A stretch of DNA of 64,000 nucleotides from Dehalococcoidia bacterium (GTDB lineage: Bacteria > Chloroflexota > Dehalococcoidia > Plut-88900), in NCBI GenBank assembly GCA_965207225.1, contig CBDBLV010000005.1:1184001-1248000 (forward strand), read 5' to 3'. The first letter of the stretch is position 1, and each line of letters begins with the position of its first letter. Positions 45,795-56,460 of this stretch are shown here, piece after piece. The position numbers and the translations under genes are program-made. Below the pieces are notes generated by a model. That model had not been told where the DNA came from. It was given only the letters and a program-made list of their open reading frames with translations, and made no database searches.

Positions 45795-47045
45795 CTACAC
45801 CCACCTGGTCTGCTTGCTCGACGCCTTCGCAGACCTCACCGCCCCCAACCCCTCTCCTCCCATCTCGATATCCACCATCCGCCAGAACTCCTCCCTGTCC
45901 CCTCCGCTCAACACCGCCTGCTCATGGGCCTCGGCCAGGGCCAGCGGATACCCTTGCCCCAGCCGGCACTGCTCCAGCACCACCGAGTGCACCAGGTCCA
46001 CCATCCCTTCCTCTCTACTTGCCCACCGGGGCATCTCCACCCGACCCACCTCCTCTCCAACGTTCACGTAGAAAAACTCAACATGGTGCTCCCGGTACCT
46101 CTCCCTCACAATCGACGACCGGCTTGCAAACAGCCCCGACCTCTCCCCCACCCCCAACAGCCTCCCGAACAAATCTCGGTCCCGAATCATCGATACCACA
46201 TCGCACTCCCTCGCCCCTTCCGGCGACGTCACGCACGTCCCGCATCTCCCATTCCCACCCCGGAACCCAGAACAATGCCTGTCGCAATCTGGAAACGGAG
46301 TGTGCGGACAAACTTGCACCCTCAGGCTGTTCACTACCTCCACGCTTCCCGGATAGCTTATGTATGAAGCCAGTGCCACCGGTGCCGACTCCGCTAGCTC
46401 CCGAAACCCGTCCAACGCCTCCAAAAGCCCTTCCTCCAGGAATTTACGCCTCACAAACTCCGGCGCCCCTCCTCCTATCAAGCCAATCGGCACCAGGGTT
46501 CCGTCCAGCAGGCACACCGTCGGCACCCGAGGCGGAGATTTCCGCATCTCCTTCAACAGGTAACAGACCTCCTCAACCGACCGCCTGATCCCGACCAGCG
46601 CCGGCGTCATCGCCTGCTCCCCCGCCGAGTCCGGATCCCTTAGCACCAGGTCCTCTTCCCCTGCATAAAGCCTCGGCTCGCTCCGAAGCTCAGCACCATG
46701 CCCCGACCCGTACCGCAACGCCGCCAACCCGAGGTTTATCAGGTAACACCTCGCAGGCCCGTGCCGGTCCGAGTCAATGCTCGACCCGTCCACCGACACC
46801 ACTCCGTAGTTATCAGGTAGTGTCGGTGCGGGGTACCTGCTCGAAATCCCTTCCACCGGCTCCGACACCAGCCAGGTCACCTTCGCCCTCTCGATCCGCG
46901 TCCTCAACGTTTCCGCATCCATACCCGGCTCATTCGCCAGGTTTAGCGCTTTATCAAGGTGCTCCTGCCAGCCCACCTCCCCCGACCGGATTTCCTCCGC
47001 CATCTGGGCTATCTGCCCGATCACCTTGTCTATCTCAAGGCTCAC
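45795..47045 (-). CDS. NurA-domain nuclease
   Basis: VDGS.I..DRH, LLDGTL, GYP.AL.EAHEQAV. Confidence 0.85.
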   Translation of the reverse strand: MSLEIDKVIGQIAQMAEEIRSGEVGWQEHLDKALNLANEPGMDAETLRTRIERAKVTWLVSEPVEGISSRYPAPTLPDNYGVVSVDGSSIDSDRHGPARCYLINLGLAALRYGSGHGAELRSEPRLYAGEEDLVLRDPDSAGEQAMTPALVGIRRSVEEVCYLLKEMRKSPPRVPTVCLLDGTLVPIGLIGGGAPEFVRRKFLEEGLLEALDGFRELAESAPVALASYISYPGSVEVVNSLRVQVCPHTPFPDCDRHCSGFRGGNGRCGTCVTSPEGARECDVVSMIRDRDLFGRLLGVGERSGLFASRSSIVRERYREHHVEFFYVNVGEEVGRVEMPRWASREEGMVDLVHSVVLEQCRLGQGYPLALAEAHEQAVLSGGDREEFWRMVDIEMGGEGLGAVRSAKASSKQTRWV

Positions 47046-48904
47046 CTGAGCACCCTGTCATCCCCAACCCGACGCGTTATCTTCTGCTGGTCCAGGTACT
47101 CCATCAGCGCCAGGGCGTATTTTCTGCTTGTGTCGAACATGTCCCGCACCCGACCCACGTTGATCTTCCCCTCGGCCCTTGCCACCTCCACTACCTTGTT
47201 CCTCATCTCTTCGTATGCACCGGCACTGAACACAACATCTTGATTGACCTTCACTACCTTCCCCTCATCCACCAGACCGGCCACCAATTCACCGCTTATG
47301 CCGAGGTCCGTCGGCGGAGAATAAGGCTGCGCTTCCAGCGCCGACAAGTATCGATATACCTCTTCTTGCTGCTTCGCACTCAGTACCCTACTGTGCCCCG
47401 GCAGCCTCACCACCGACCCGTCTTCCACCAGCACACCCTCTTCTCCCAGCTTCTCTACGACCCTCCCGAATATCTGCCCTCCTAGCCCCAGTCGACTCCT
47501 CAACTCTTCCTTCGGCAGCCCGGCCCTCAGCGGATACTGCCTGTGGTACGACTCCACAGCCTCCTTTGACCGCTCTATAACCCTCCCCCACCCCCTCCCC
47601 GAGTACAGCACCGTCCCACCGGTCACCTTTCCATCTCCCAGGACCCTCAATTCCCCTCTCTCCAGCAAGCCCTTCAACGCCTCCTCCGCCTCTTCCCCCG
47701 AGACCCCGCTTTGCTCAACCACCTTCTTCCATGAACTCGGTTCCATGCTCTCCAGCGCCTTCAGCAGCACATCTTCCGGCCGGCCCTCGACTAGCACACT
47801 CAGCCGGTCCACCACCGGGGCATCGAACCTCTTGTGCCGTCGGGCCAGCGTTTCCACCACCTCCCCGCCCCCCAACGTCCCCTGGTGCGACCTGATTACG
47901 AACAGGTCGCCCTTGACCGCCGCAATTGGATATTGCAGGTACAACTGTGCCCATCCCGACTCCCCTGGCTCCAACTCCTGCTGGTCCAGAAGCCTCACCC
48001 TAGCCAGCGTCTCGCTCGTCCCAAGGTGCAGCGTCACCGAGGCCCGATGCTTCACCGGAACCGGAGAGTCCTGCACCACCCGAAGCCTCACGTCCAACGC
48101 ACGGCTCTCCCTCAACCAACCCCGGTCTGTCAGGATCTGCCCCCGTTCAATGCTCTCGTGGCTGATCCCCGATATGTTCGCAGCCACCCGTGTCCCCGGC
48201 ATTCCCACCTTCGCACTCTGCTTGTGCGTCTGGATCCCCCTCACCCGACCCCTCTGTCCTCCCGGCACAAGCTCAACCTCTTCCCCCACCTCTAGCTTCC
48301 CTCCCACCAGCGTTCCCGTTACCACCGCCCCAAACCCTGAGATAGTAAACGCCCTGTCGATTGGTAAACGCGGATGCCCGTCAGCTGTCCTGGCCTCCAC
48401 CCCGTCCAGTATGGAATCCAGGGCTTCTTGCAACTCCCCCAGCCCCTCCCCCGACACCGAAGACACCCCGACCATTCGCGCATCTTCCAGCGTTGTCCCT
48501 TTCAGCACATCCCCAATGTCCGATGTAACCAGCTCCATCCAGTCATCATCCACCAAGTCCTTCTTTGTCACCGCTACCAAGCCACGATCAATGCGGAGTA
48601 GGTCTATGATTGCTAAATGTTCCCTGGTCTGGGGCATCACCCCCTCGTCCGCCGCTACAACCAGCAGGGCAACGTCTATTCCCCCCACCCCCGCCAGCAT
48701 GTTCCTGATGAACCGCTCGTGTCCCGGCACATCTACGATGCTAACTTCTCTACCACTCGGCAGCGTCACCCATGCAAACCCCAGGTCTATCGTCAGCCCC
48801 CGTTCTTTCTCCTCCCGCAACCGGTCCGGGTCGATCCCGCTCAGCGCGCGCACCAGCGCAGACTTCCCATGGTCGACGTGTCCTGCCGTTCCTATGACGT
48901 ACAT
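47042..48904 (-). CDS. selB: Selenocysteine-specific elongation factor
   Basis: GTAGHVDHGKS, DRL.EEK.RGLTIDLGFA, DVPGHE.F, winged-helix tail SRKYA..L.E.LD....T.R.GD.R. Confidence 0.95.
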   Translation of the reverse strand: MYVIGTAGHVDHGKSALVRALSGIDPDRLREEKERGLTIDLGFAWVTLPSGREVSIVDVPGHERFIRNMLAGVGGIDVALLVVAADEGVMPQTREHLAIIDLLRIDRGLVAVTKKDLVDDDWMELVTSDIGDVLKGTTLEDARMVGVSSVSGEGLGELQEALDSILDGVEARTADGHPRLPIDRAFTISGFGAVVTGTLVGGKLEVGEEVELVPGGQRGRVRGIQTHKQSAKVGMPGTRVAANISGISHESIERGQILTDRGWLRESRALDVRLRVVQDSPVPVKHRASVTLHLGTSETLARVRLLDQQELEPGESGWAQLYLQYPIAAVKGDLFVIRSHQGTLGGGEVVETLARRHKRFDAPVVDRLSVLVEGRPEDVLLKALESMEPSSWKKVVEQSGVSGEEAEEALKGLLERGELRVLGDGKVTGGTVLYSGRGWGRVIERSKEAVESYHRQYPLRAGLPKEELRSRLGLGGQIFGRVVEKLGEEGVLVEDGSVVRLPGHSRVLSAKQQEEVYRYLSALEAQPYSPPTDLGISGELVAGLVDEGKVVKVNQDVVFSAGAYEEMRNKVVEVARAEGKINVGRVRDMFDTSRKYALALMEYLDQQKITRRVGDDRVLR

Positions 48905-48953
48905 CTACCTTCTCGGATCTCCCTTATCCGAAGCTAGAATAGCACCCTACCGC

Positions 48954-50183
48954 CTACGCCCTCACCGACACGAACCTCTGAAATACCTCGTTCCCCAGTA
49001 ACTTTCCTCGGTCCGTCAGCCGCCATCTATCTCCTGCTTTCTCCAACAGGTCCAATTCTCTCAACTCTTCGAGTTCGGGCCCGAACACCGACCCTACCGA
49101 ACACCCGAACCGCTCCCTGAACCCCTCCCCTGACACTCCCTCCATCAAACGCAGCCCCATCATCATCGTTTCTCCCATCTCCACCATCTCCGAAATCACC
49201 TCCACCTCAGACACCGGGCCGCTATTCTGCAGGATTTCAGCAGTGGCCTCTTTATCCCCGAGCGGCAACCGACCCCACCCTCCCCCCACCCCCAACTCCT
49301 TCACCCGACCCGCGTACCGCCGGGGACTCCGCTCCTCAGCAAACCTGCACCCCCCGAGGAACGAATGCGCCCCAGCCCCTATCCCCACGTACTCCTCGTT
49401 ACGCCAGTACACCAGGTTGTGCCGGCATTCCCGACCCGGTTTTGCCCAGTTAGATATCTCGTACTGCTCGTACCCCGACTCGCCCAGTGCTTCCATCGCA
49501 TACAGGTACATCTCCGCAGCCAGGTCCCCATCCGGCCCCGGCGTATACCCCTTGGACACATCCCTCTGCAACGGCGTCCCCTCTTCCAGCGTCAACGCAT
49601 ACAGCGACAAGTGCTCGGGCCTTAAGTTTGCAACCTTGTCTACACTCTCTTTCCACTCCTCCAGCGTCTGTCGCGGCAATCCAAACATCAAATCCAGGTT
49701 AACGTTGTCGAACCCCGCTCCCCGCACCATTCCAAACGCCCGCTCCGCCTCCGCCGCCGAATGCCTACGAGTCAATGCCAGCAGGTGGGCGTCGCTAAAG
49801 CTCTGCACCCCGATGCTCAACCGGTTCACCCCCGCCCCCCTCAACCCCTCCAGATGTTCCACCGACAAATCTCCGGGATTCGACTCCAGCGTGACCTCCA
49901 TCCCCTCCTCACACAAGAATGCCCGTCGGCAGGCCCCGAGGATCCTTTCCACATCCTCAACAGGCAAGAGCGACGGCGTCCCGCCCCCGAGGAAAATCGT
50001 CGGTACCCGAGTCTTTCCTCCCAACCCCTCCCCCCACATTCCTATCTCATCCACCACAACCGACACGTATTCCGGCATCAGGTCTTCTATACCCGCATAC
50101 GTGTTGAAGTCGCAGTAGTTGCACTTCGTAACACAGAACGGGATATGCAGGTACAGCGATACCCTACGTTGTGTGTTATACAT
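48954..50183 (-). CDS. hemW: Radical SAM heme chaperone (HemN-like)
   Basis: YLHIPFC..KC.YCDF, GGGTPS, YEISN, HN..YW. Confidence 0.9.
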   Translation of the reverse strand: MYNTQRRVSLYLHIPFCVTKCNYCDFNTYAGIEDLMPEYVSVVVDEIGMWGEGLGGKTRVPTIFLGGGTPSLLPVEDVERILGACRRAFLCEEGMEVTLESNPGDLSVEHLEGLRGAGVNRLSIGVQSFSDAHLLALTRRHSAAEAERAFGMVRGAGFDNVNLDLMFGLPRQTLEEWKESVDKVANLRPEHLSLYALTLEEGTPLQRDVSKGYTPGPDGDLAAEMYLYAMEALGESGYEQYEISNWAKPGRECRHNLVYWRNEEYVGIGAGAHSFLGGCRFAEERSPRRYAGRVKELGVGGGWGRLPLGDKEATAEILQNSGPVSEVEVISEMVEMGETMMMGLRLMEGVSGEGFRERFGCSVGSVFGPELEELRELDLLEKAGDRWRLTDRGKLLGNEVFQRFVSVRA

Positions 50184-51270
50184 TGAACAGGAAGTTGATA
50201 ACGTCTCCGTCCTGCACCCGGTACTCCTTGCCCTCCTGCCGGATCAACCCCTTCTTGCGGGCTTCCACCAGCCCCTTGCACTCCAGCACTTCCTCGTACC
50301 CAATCACCTCTGCCCTGATAAATCCACGCTCTATGTCCGAGTGTATCTTACCCGCCGCTTTCACCGCTGCCGTCCCCCGACCCACCGGCCACGCCCGCGT
50401 CTCATCTGGGCCTACAGTGAGGAACGACACCAGCCCTAGCAGCTCATATGACACCCGCAGAACCTTGTCCAGCGCTGGCTCTCCTCCGTTCATAGACACC
50501 CGGAACTCCCCAGCCTCCTCGGCATCTAGCTGGGCAAGCTCTTCCTCCAACTTCCCGCACACAGAGGCCACCCCCACCGATTCCCCTCCGAACCTCTCTA
50601 TCACCTGCCGTTCAAGAGCATCCGTACTGTCTAAATCATCCTCTCCAACGTTCAGCAAAATAAGCTCCGGTTTGGCAGTTAGAAACTGGTATCCGCTCAG
50701 CGCCTTCTGCTCATCAGTGCTCAACTCCTGCGAGCGTAAGGGTAAACCCTCTTCCAGCTTCTCTTTAACCCTGTCAATCAACGCCTGCTCGCCAAGCAGA
50801 TTGTCCCTCTCCTGAGCTCGGGCCCCTTTCAAGGCGTCCTCCAGCCGCTCCCGCTTTCGCTCCAGAATCGTAAGGTCAGAATACGTCAGCTCCAGGTTCA
50901 GCACCTCGATGTCCCGCAGAGGGTCGACGCTCTCCTCCATGTGCGGTATCGACTCATCATCAAAGGCCCGTACCACGTGCAGCAAGGCATCCGCCTGCGA
51001 CAGCACGTTCAGCAGCTTCCCTCCGAAACCCTCGCCCTTCCCCAACCCCCTTGGCGTCAACGGCACGTCGAAGTATTTCACCTCCGCCTGCACTATCTTT
51101 CGTGAGTTGAACAGCTCCGAAAGGGGTTGCAGCCGGGAGTCCGGCACCTTCGCCACCCCCACCGCCGCCCTGTCCCCGTGACCCCCCTGCCCCGCCCCAC
51201 CCAGGCCAGTCAAGGCATTGAATATACTCGTCTTGCCGCTCTGCGGCAGCCCGATGATTCCTATTTCCAC
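50176..51270 (-). CDS. ychF: Redox-regulated ATPase YchF
   Basis: GLPQSGKT..FNALT, G.G.G, AG.IHSD.ERGFIRAEV, EGK.Y.VQDGD. Confidence 0.92.
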   Translation of the reverse strand: MEIGIIGLPQSGKTSIFNALTGLGGAGQGGHGDRAAVGVAKVPDSRLQPLSELFNSRKIVQAEVKYFDVPLTPRGLGKGEGFGGKLLNVLSQADALLHVVRAFDDESIPHMEESVDPLRDIEVLNLELTYSDLTILERKRERLEDALKGARAQERDNLLGEQALIDRVKEKLEEGLPLRSQELSTDEQKALSGYQFLTAKPELILLNVGEDDLDSTDALERQVIERFGGESVGVASVCGKLEEELAQLDAEEAGEFRVSMNGGEPALDKVLRVSYELLGLVSFLTVGPDETRAWPVGRGTAAVKAAGKIHSDIERGFIRAEVIGYEEVLECKGLVEARKKGLIRQEGKEYRVQDGDVINFLFNV

Positions 51271-51310
51271 TGTTGTTTTCTATCTCTTTGGAAGTTCATG
51301 GCCGGGATCC

Positions 51311-51561
51311 TTAAATCCTATGTCCTTCATGCCGCCGCGCCAGTATCTCTTCCAGCGTCGCTTTAATCTTCGGCCCTTCATCTCGACGGCGAATAAACTC
51401 CTCTACCGCCTTTTCCCGCCGTAATCTGGCTTGCGACTCATCCGGAACGAGGTATGCAACCACTTTTCCATGCCGCGAGATTTCAATGGTCTCTCCTGCC
51501 TCCACATCTCGAAGCAACTCGGACCACCGTTTTCTGACTCAGTTACTTGCATGTTATTCAT
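51311..51561 (-). pseudogene. Phd/YefM-family antitoxin, frameshifted, no toxin
   Basis: MNNMQVTESE from ATG 51561 joins RWSELLRDVEAGETIEISRHGKVVAYLVP only if one A is added to GAAAAC. Confidence 0.7.
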
Positions 51562-51631
51562 GAAATCAAATTCCCCAGAGTATTGTAGCGTCTATTTCAT
51601 GGGCGGAGAAAACAGCGGCAACCCCAATTCC

Positions 51632-51660
51632 TTGACAACCACCCCCCTCCCCCCTACTGT
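51632..51660 (+). promoter_or_regulatory. Sigma70-type promoter for the LLM gene
   Basis: TTGACA-17 nt-TACTGT. Confidence 0.55.
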
Positions 51661-51699
51661 GACACCCGTCCCTATCCCCCTCCCCACAGAGGTGCCAGG

Positions 51700-52839
51700 A
51701 TGAGATTCGACAGCGGTCTCTACGCCCACGGCGGCCAGATTGATGGCTACCCTTGGATAGAGGAATGGCGCTCCGAGGCCCGCCTCTACGAACAGGCCGG
51801 CTTCACCACGGTATGGGTTGCTGAGCACCACTTCTTCTGGGACGGCTGGGTCACCCCCACCCCCTCCAATCCTGTCCTCGCCTGCGCCGACCTTGCAGGG
51901 CAGACCTCTACCCTTCGCCTCGGGCAGTGTGGCGTCTCCATCACCGATAGACACCCCGTTCACGTCGCCGAGGACATCGCCATGCTCGACCACATGAGTC
52001 AGGGGCGCGTCGACTTCGGCGTCATTCGCGGTATCAACAACCGCGTCAACGCCAACTTCAACCTCAACGCCGACCGCCGGGACCAGAAAAAGAACTACGC
52101 CCTCTTCGAAGAGTCCCTCGACATCATCCTCAAGTGCTGGACGGAAGACGCCTTCACCCACACCGGAGAGTTCTACACCCTCCCCGTCCCCGGCTGGCGG
52201 GAGACTGTCCCCGATATTGCCCAGGACCGCCGCTACAACAACGAGGACGGTGAGCTAATCGCCCTGGGAGTCCACCCTAAGCCCTACCAGCAGCCCCATC
52301 CCCCCATCTGGCAGATGGCCGACTCCGCTTCCTCCCACGCCTTCGCCGCCAGCCGGGGGTTCGGGACCATGTCCTGGGGCCGCACCCTGGAAGGCACCCG
52401 GGAAGCCTGGAACGCCTACAGGAACGCCGCCTCCGACGCCCAGGGCAGGGACGTGCCCATGGGCGAAGGCGTCGCCATGATGCGGCCCATCTTCGTTGCC
52501 CCGACCATGGAAGAGGCCCGACGCATCATGCGCCCCGTTATCGAGACCGCTATGACCTACGGTGCAGGAAAGTGGGCCCGACCCACCATGATCGGCAAAT
52601 CCGAACCCCTCTCCGACGAAGACCAGGCCGACGACTGGCTCGACTTCCTCACCAAGCGTGGCCATACCCTCGTTGGCACCCCGGAATTTGTCGCTGAGGG
52701 CATCGAAAAGTGGCGCGAAGAATTAGGGTGTCAGCACGTGACTATGTACTGGCCCCTCCCCCACCTCACTTTCTCTGAGGTCATGCGCTCCCTCTACCTC
52801 TTCGCCGACAAGGTCATGCCCCAATTCTTGGACGAGTAG
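51700..52839 (+). CDS. LLM-class (luciferase-like) monooxygenase
   Basis: GF..VW.AEHHF, P..VAEDIA.LD..S.GR..FG..RG, PKP.QQPHPPIW. Confidence 0.9.
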   Translation: MRFDSGLYAHGGQIDGYPWIEEWRSEARLYEQAGFTTVWVAEHHFFWDGWVTPTPSNPVLACADLAGQTSTLRLGQCGVSITDRHPVHVAEDIAMLDHMSQGRVDFGVIRGINNRVNANFNLNADRRDQKKNYALFEESLDIILKCWTEDAFTHTGEFYTLPVPGWRETVPDIAQDRRYNNEDGELIALGVHPKPYQQPHPPIWQMADSASSHAFAASRGFGTMSWGRTLEGTREAWNAYRNAASDAQGRDVPMGEGVAMMRPIFVAPTMEEARRIMRPVIETAMTYGAGKWARPTMIGKSEPLSDEDQADDWLDFLTKRGHTLVGTPEFVAEGIEKWREELGCQHVTMYWPLPHLTFSEVMRSLYLFADKVMPQFLDE

Positions 52840-52851
52840 CCGGAGTTTGAA

Positions 52852-53595
52852 ATGCCCAGGTTCGGCCTGATTCTAGCTTTGTCCCTGCTTCTGCTCCTGC
52901 CGGTCTCCATGTCCTGCGCCCAAGACCCGACCCCAGTCCGCATCGGCACCGACGGCGATTACCCACCCTACAACTTCGTCAACGACGCAGGAGAGGTGGA
53001 TGGTTTCGAATCGGACTTGATGAGTGAAGTTTGCCAACGGGCCAACCTGGAATGCGAATGGGTGGTCACGCCTTGGGAGACCATCATCAACGACCTTACT
53101 GGCGAGAAATTCGACGTGATAGTTTCCGGTATGAGCATCAATGCTGAAAGGGACCAGATCATAGACTTTACTCAGCCCTACCTCCCCCCGACTCCCTCTG
53201 TCTACATTGCCCTTGCCGACTCCTCGGAAGAAGCCCTGAATGGCATAATCGCCGCCGGTGTGGCCACTGTCCACTCCGCCTATCTCGCCGAAACCGGCGC
53301 AGACTTCACTGAATTCGGTGAGGGCGAAGACGCAATCTCTGCCATCCTTAACGGGGATGTGGACGCGGGCCTATTCGACCGGGAGTTCGCTCACTCCATC
53401 GTCGCCGAAAGCGGGAGCAGACTCGCCGTTTTGGGCCAGCCCGTACTGCTGGAAGAGGGCATCGGCGCAGGTGTTAGGGAAAGCGACTCAGACCTTAAGG
53501 ACAGGCTCAACGACGCTATCAGCGCCATGAAAGAGGACGGCTCCCTCAACGACCTTATCCGCAAGTGGTTCGACGAAGACGCCGAACTCTTCTAA
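52852..53595 (+). CDS. Polar amino-acid ABC substrate-binding protein (no permease adjacent)
   Basis: Signal peptide; G.YPPYN, GFE.DL, D.I.SGMSI..ER, DFT.PY. Confidence 0.88.
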   Translation: MPRFGLILALSLLLLLPVSMSCAQDPTPVRIGTDGDYPPYNFVNDAGEVDGFESDLMSEVCQRANLECEWVVTPWETIINDLTGEKFDVIVSGMSINAERDQIIDFTQPYLPPTPSVYIALADSSEEALNGIIAAGVATVHSAYLAETGADFTEFGEGEDAISAILNGDVDAGLFDREFAHSIVAESGSRLAVLGQPVLLEEGIGAGVRESDSDLKDRLNDAISAMKEDGSLNDLIRKWFDEDAELF

Positions 53596-53620
53596 TGCAC
53601 TTGGCGGGAACCCCGAGCCC

Positions 53621-55150
53621 CTAGACCTTCAGCATTTCCAGCGTCCGGTCGAAGATCGTCCGCTCCTTGCCGCCCTCGACCACCGCCACCGACTTCACAG
53701 CCGCCACAAGGTGGTTCCACCGGTACGGTTCCCGGGTCGCATAGAACTCGTCTACTAAGGCCTGGTGGTGCTTGATCCCGTGAAGCTCCGTAAAGTCATC
53801 CCTGCAGATTAGCTCACCAATCCTCCGGAACAGGGCCTCGGGGCTGTACCGACGGTCTGCGTACCGTTGCGCCAGCAGCATCGCCTCCTGCACCTCGCCC
53901 CCGAGCTCCAGGTTGTCCACCCCGATCTCGCGCCAGTTGGCCCACGGCTGACCTTCAATGCTCTCGACGATAGCGTCCAGCAAATCAGCCTGGCCCATCT
54001 CCGGCAGGGACTCCGCTTTCGCGGGATCGAATGGCCTCTCCCACTGCATCCGGGCCCCGTTCAGACACTCCGGCCCGGTCAGCCCGGTGATTAGCGCCTC
54101 GATCTTGTGCCTTTGGCTCACCCCTTCCATGTTCACCAGGTACCGACGCCCGTTCGTACCCGTGTGCAGGTGTGAGTCCATCGGGTTTCCGTAGCTCGAC
54201 TTCAGGTACGCCTTCGACGCCCCCACCGACAACCCCTCCCCTGCCCCTTCCAGCGACAGTCCTTCCGCCAGGGCCTTCGCCATCGGCTCCATGCCGTCCA
54301 GGTAGTCCGTGCAACCACCGATCGCCTCTCCCAGCTCCCCGATCGCCCGGGTCTCCCGGTCACCTGTCTGTACCGGTATCTCCCGGTCCATCAACGCGTA
54401 GTCTTCGATAAGCCGGGTGACGTCCTCGAACACCGACTCCTGCGTCCGGGTTAGGCTGAAGGGGTTCCTCGCCTGGTACCGTACTACAACCCTCATCAGC
54501 ACCGGCGCCCACTCCCACCCGATTACGTCCAGCGCCTTGAACGTGAACATCGGGTACACAAAGTAGTGGTCGTCAATGCTGTTCCGAGACACGGACGCCG
54601 GAAGCAGTAGGTCCAGCGTCTCTCCCCTCGTCCGGTTCTGCTCCAGCCACAGGTAGTACTGCTCCGCAAGGCTCGGCTTCCTCACCTGGATAGCCCTCAA
54701 AAGGGCCTCCTCCGTCGACCCCATAACATCAGGGTCATCCGAGGCCTCCGTCCCGTCAGAAAGGTGGTAGGAGCCGATCATCGCTCCCGTCCCCTCTAGC
54801 GCATCCATCGCCGGCATGATGTAAGGCCCCATCTGTGGAGAGTGAACGTGGTTGTTGCACAGTGCCACGTGCTGCACTATCGGCATGAAAGCCATCTCCC
54901 CGCTCAGCCTGCGCGATGTGTTGTAAACACCCGGAATCCCGCAAATCGGGTGTACGGGACCACCGTGATGCTCAGGCGGAAGCTCCGTAGACCGGCACAC
55001 CGCCAAGGCCCCTGCCCTGAGCAGGTCCACCGCGGGCGTTCCGGCCCTCAGCTTATCCAGCGTCCTTTCGATTATCTCGCTCGGGTCCGTCTCCTCGACA
55101 AACTGGACCAGCTCTTCAACCTCGTCCCGAAATACGATTCCTCTGAACAT
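53621..55150 (-). CDS. Conserved hypothetical helical protein with repeated His motifs
   Basis: 509-aa ORF in operon-like orientation with frc; HHGGPVH, DDHYF, DSHLH, ELHGIKH. Confidence 0.7.
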   Translation of the reverse strand: MFRGIVFRDEVEELVQFVEETDPSEIIERTLDKLRAGTPAVDLLRAGALAVCRSTELPPEHHGGPVHPICGIPGVYNTSRRLSGEMAFMPIVQHVALCNNHVHSPQMGPYIMPAMDALEGTGAMIGSYHLSDGTEASDDPDVMGSTEEALLRAIQVRKPSLAEQYYLWLEQNRTRGETLDLLLPASVSRNSIDDHYFVYPMFTFKALDVIGWEWAPVLMRVVVRYQARNPFSLTRTQESVFEDVTRLIEDYALMDREIPVQTGDRETRAIGELGEAIGGCTDYLDGMEPMAKALAEGLSLEGAGEGLSVGASKAYLKSSYGNPMDSHLHTGTNGRRYLVNMEGVSQRHKIEALITGLTGPECLNGARMQWERPFDPAKAESLPEMGQADLLDAIVESIEGQPWANWREIGVDNLELGGEVQEAMLLAQRYADRRYSPEALFRRIGELICRDDFTELHGIKHHQALVDEFYATREPYRWNHLVAAVKSVAVVEGGKERTIFDRTLEMLKV

Positions 55151-55192
55151 CAGGCCCTCCTATCGAGCCTCGGCCCGTAGCCGAAATAACGT

Positions 55193-56401
55193 CTAGATTA
55201 CGCCCGCAGTCTTCAACTCTTCGTACTTGCTGCCGTTTATGCCCAGCACCTCGTTCAGCACCTCTGCCGTGTGTTGCCCGAGCAAAGGCGCCGGTTCCAT
55301 GTCGAATGACGAATGGGACAGCTTTATCGGGTCGGCAATGATCTTGAACTTACCCCGCTGCGGGTGGTCCATGTCCACTATCATGCCGCGCTCGATGAGG
55401 TGCTTGTCCGTGTGTATGTCCTCGGCGTTCAGCATCGCCCCGCAAGGTATCCCCGCCCCGCCTATCTTCTCCATGACCTCGTACTTGGTGTGCTGCATCG
55501 TCCACTCTTCGACGATCATGTTGACTTCCATGCCGTTCTCTTTGCGGGCTTGGGGAGTGCTGTACCTCGGATCGCCTATCAGGTCCTCCCGGCCCATCAC
55601 CTTCAGCAAAGCTGGCCACATCTTGTCCCCGATAACCGAGCTCACGTATATGAAAGCGTAGTCGTCGAAGCCGCCCGGCGCACACCTGAAAATGTCCCCC
55701 GGGTAAACCCCGGCCGTAGTCGTGCCCCGACGGTCCGGCGCCTTGCCCGTCATGTTGTAGGTCATCATGATCACCCGACCCAGGTTCACCACCGCGTCTT
55801 GCATCGAAACTTCGAGTTCCTGTCCCACCCCCGTGGCCTGCCTTTGCCACAGCGCCGCCATGATGCCCAGGGCCGTGTGGTAGCCCGTTCCGATGTCGCC
55901 GGCTGTTATGCCCATCAACGTCGGCGAGCCACCGGGGTGTCCCGTAGTCGCTGCGGCGCCGCCCACCATTTGAGCGATCATATCGAAACTCTTGAACCCG
56001 CTGTATGGACCGTACGTCCCGAATCCCTTTACCCGCGCCAGGACTATTCTTGGGTTCACCTTCGAAAGCACGTCGAATGTCAGGCCCAGCCGCTCCAGAG
56101 TCCCAGGCCCCAGATTCTCCGCCACCACGTCAGCATTCTTCACCAGTTCCAGGAACAGCCGCTTCCCTTCCTCGGTCTTAACGTCCAGGGTCATGCTGCG
56201 CTTGTTCGCGTTCAGAAGCAGGAAATAGTAGCTGTCCAGCCCCGGGACATCCATTGAGGCCCGTCTCCCCGGGTCTCCCTTCCCCGGCGCCTCGATTTTG
56301 ATGACATCAGCGCCGAGCCACGCCAGGGCCTGGGTGCAAGTGGTCCCGGCCTCGAACTGTGTTAAATCTATGACCCTGATGCCTTCGAGCGCTTTACCCA
56401 T
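55193..56401 (-). CDS. frc: Formyl-CoA transferase-like family III CoA-transferase
   Basis: DLTQFEAG..CTQ.LAWLGADVIKIE, NANKRS, KGFG, GD.GTG. Confidence 0.8.
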   Translation of the reverse strand: MGKALEGIRVIDLTQFEAGTTCTQALAWLGADVIKIEAPGKGDPGRRASMDVPGLDSYYFLLLNANKRSMTLDVKTEEGKRLFLELVKNADVVAENLGPGTLERLGLTFDVLSKVNPRIVLARVKGFGTYGPYSGFKSFDMIAQMVGGAAATTGHPGGSPTLMGITAGDIGTGYHTALGIMAALWQRQATGVGQELEVSMQDAVVNLGRVIMMTYNMTGKAPDRRGTTTAGVYPGDIFRCAPGGFDDYAFIYVSSVIGDKMWPALLKVMGREDLIGDPRYSTPQARKENGMEVNMIVEEWTMQHTKYEVMEKIGGAGIPCGAMLNAEDIHTDKHLIERGMIVDMDHPQRGKFKIIADPIKLSHSSFDMEPAPLLGQHTAEVLNEVLGINGSKYEELKTAGVI

Positions 56402-56460
56402 ACGCCCTCCCGATACTCGTCAACTATTGCAGGAAATAATATCACACTGACCCAAGCGCA

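Noticed and set aside
47042-48904. Selenoprotein or tRNA-Sec near selB
   Set aside because: No in-frame UGA readthrough candidate, selA or tRNA cloverleaf was recognised in the window.
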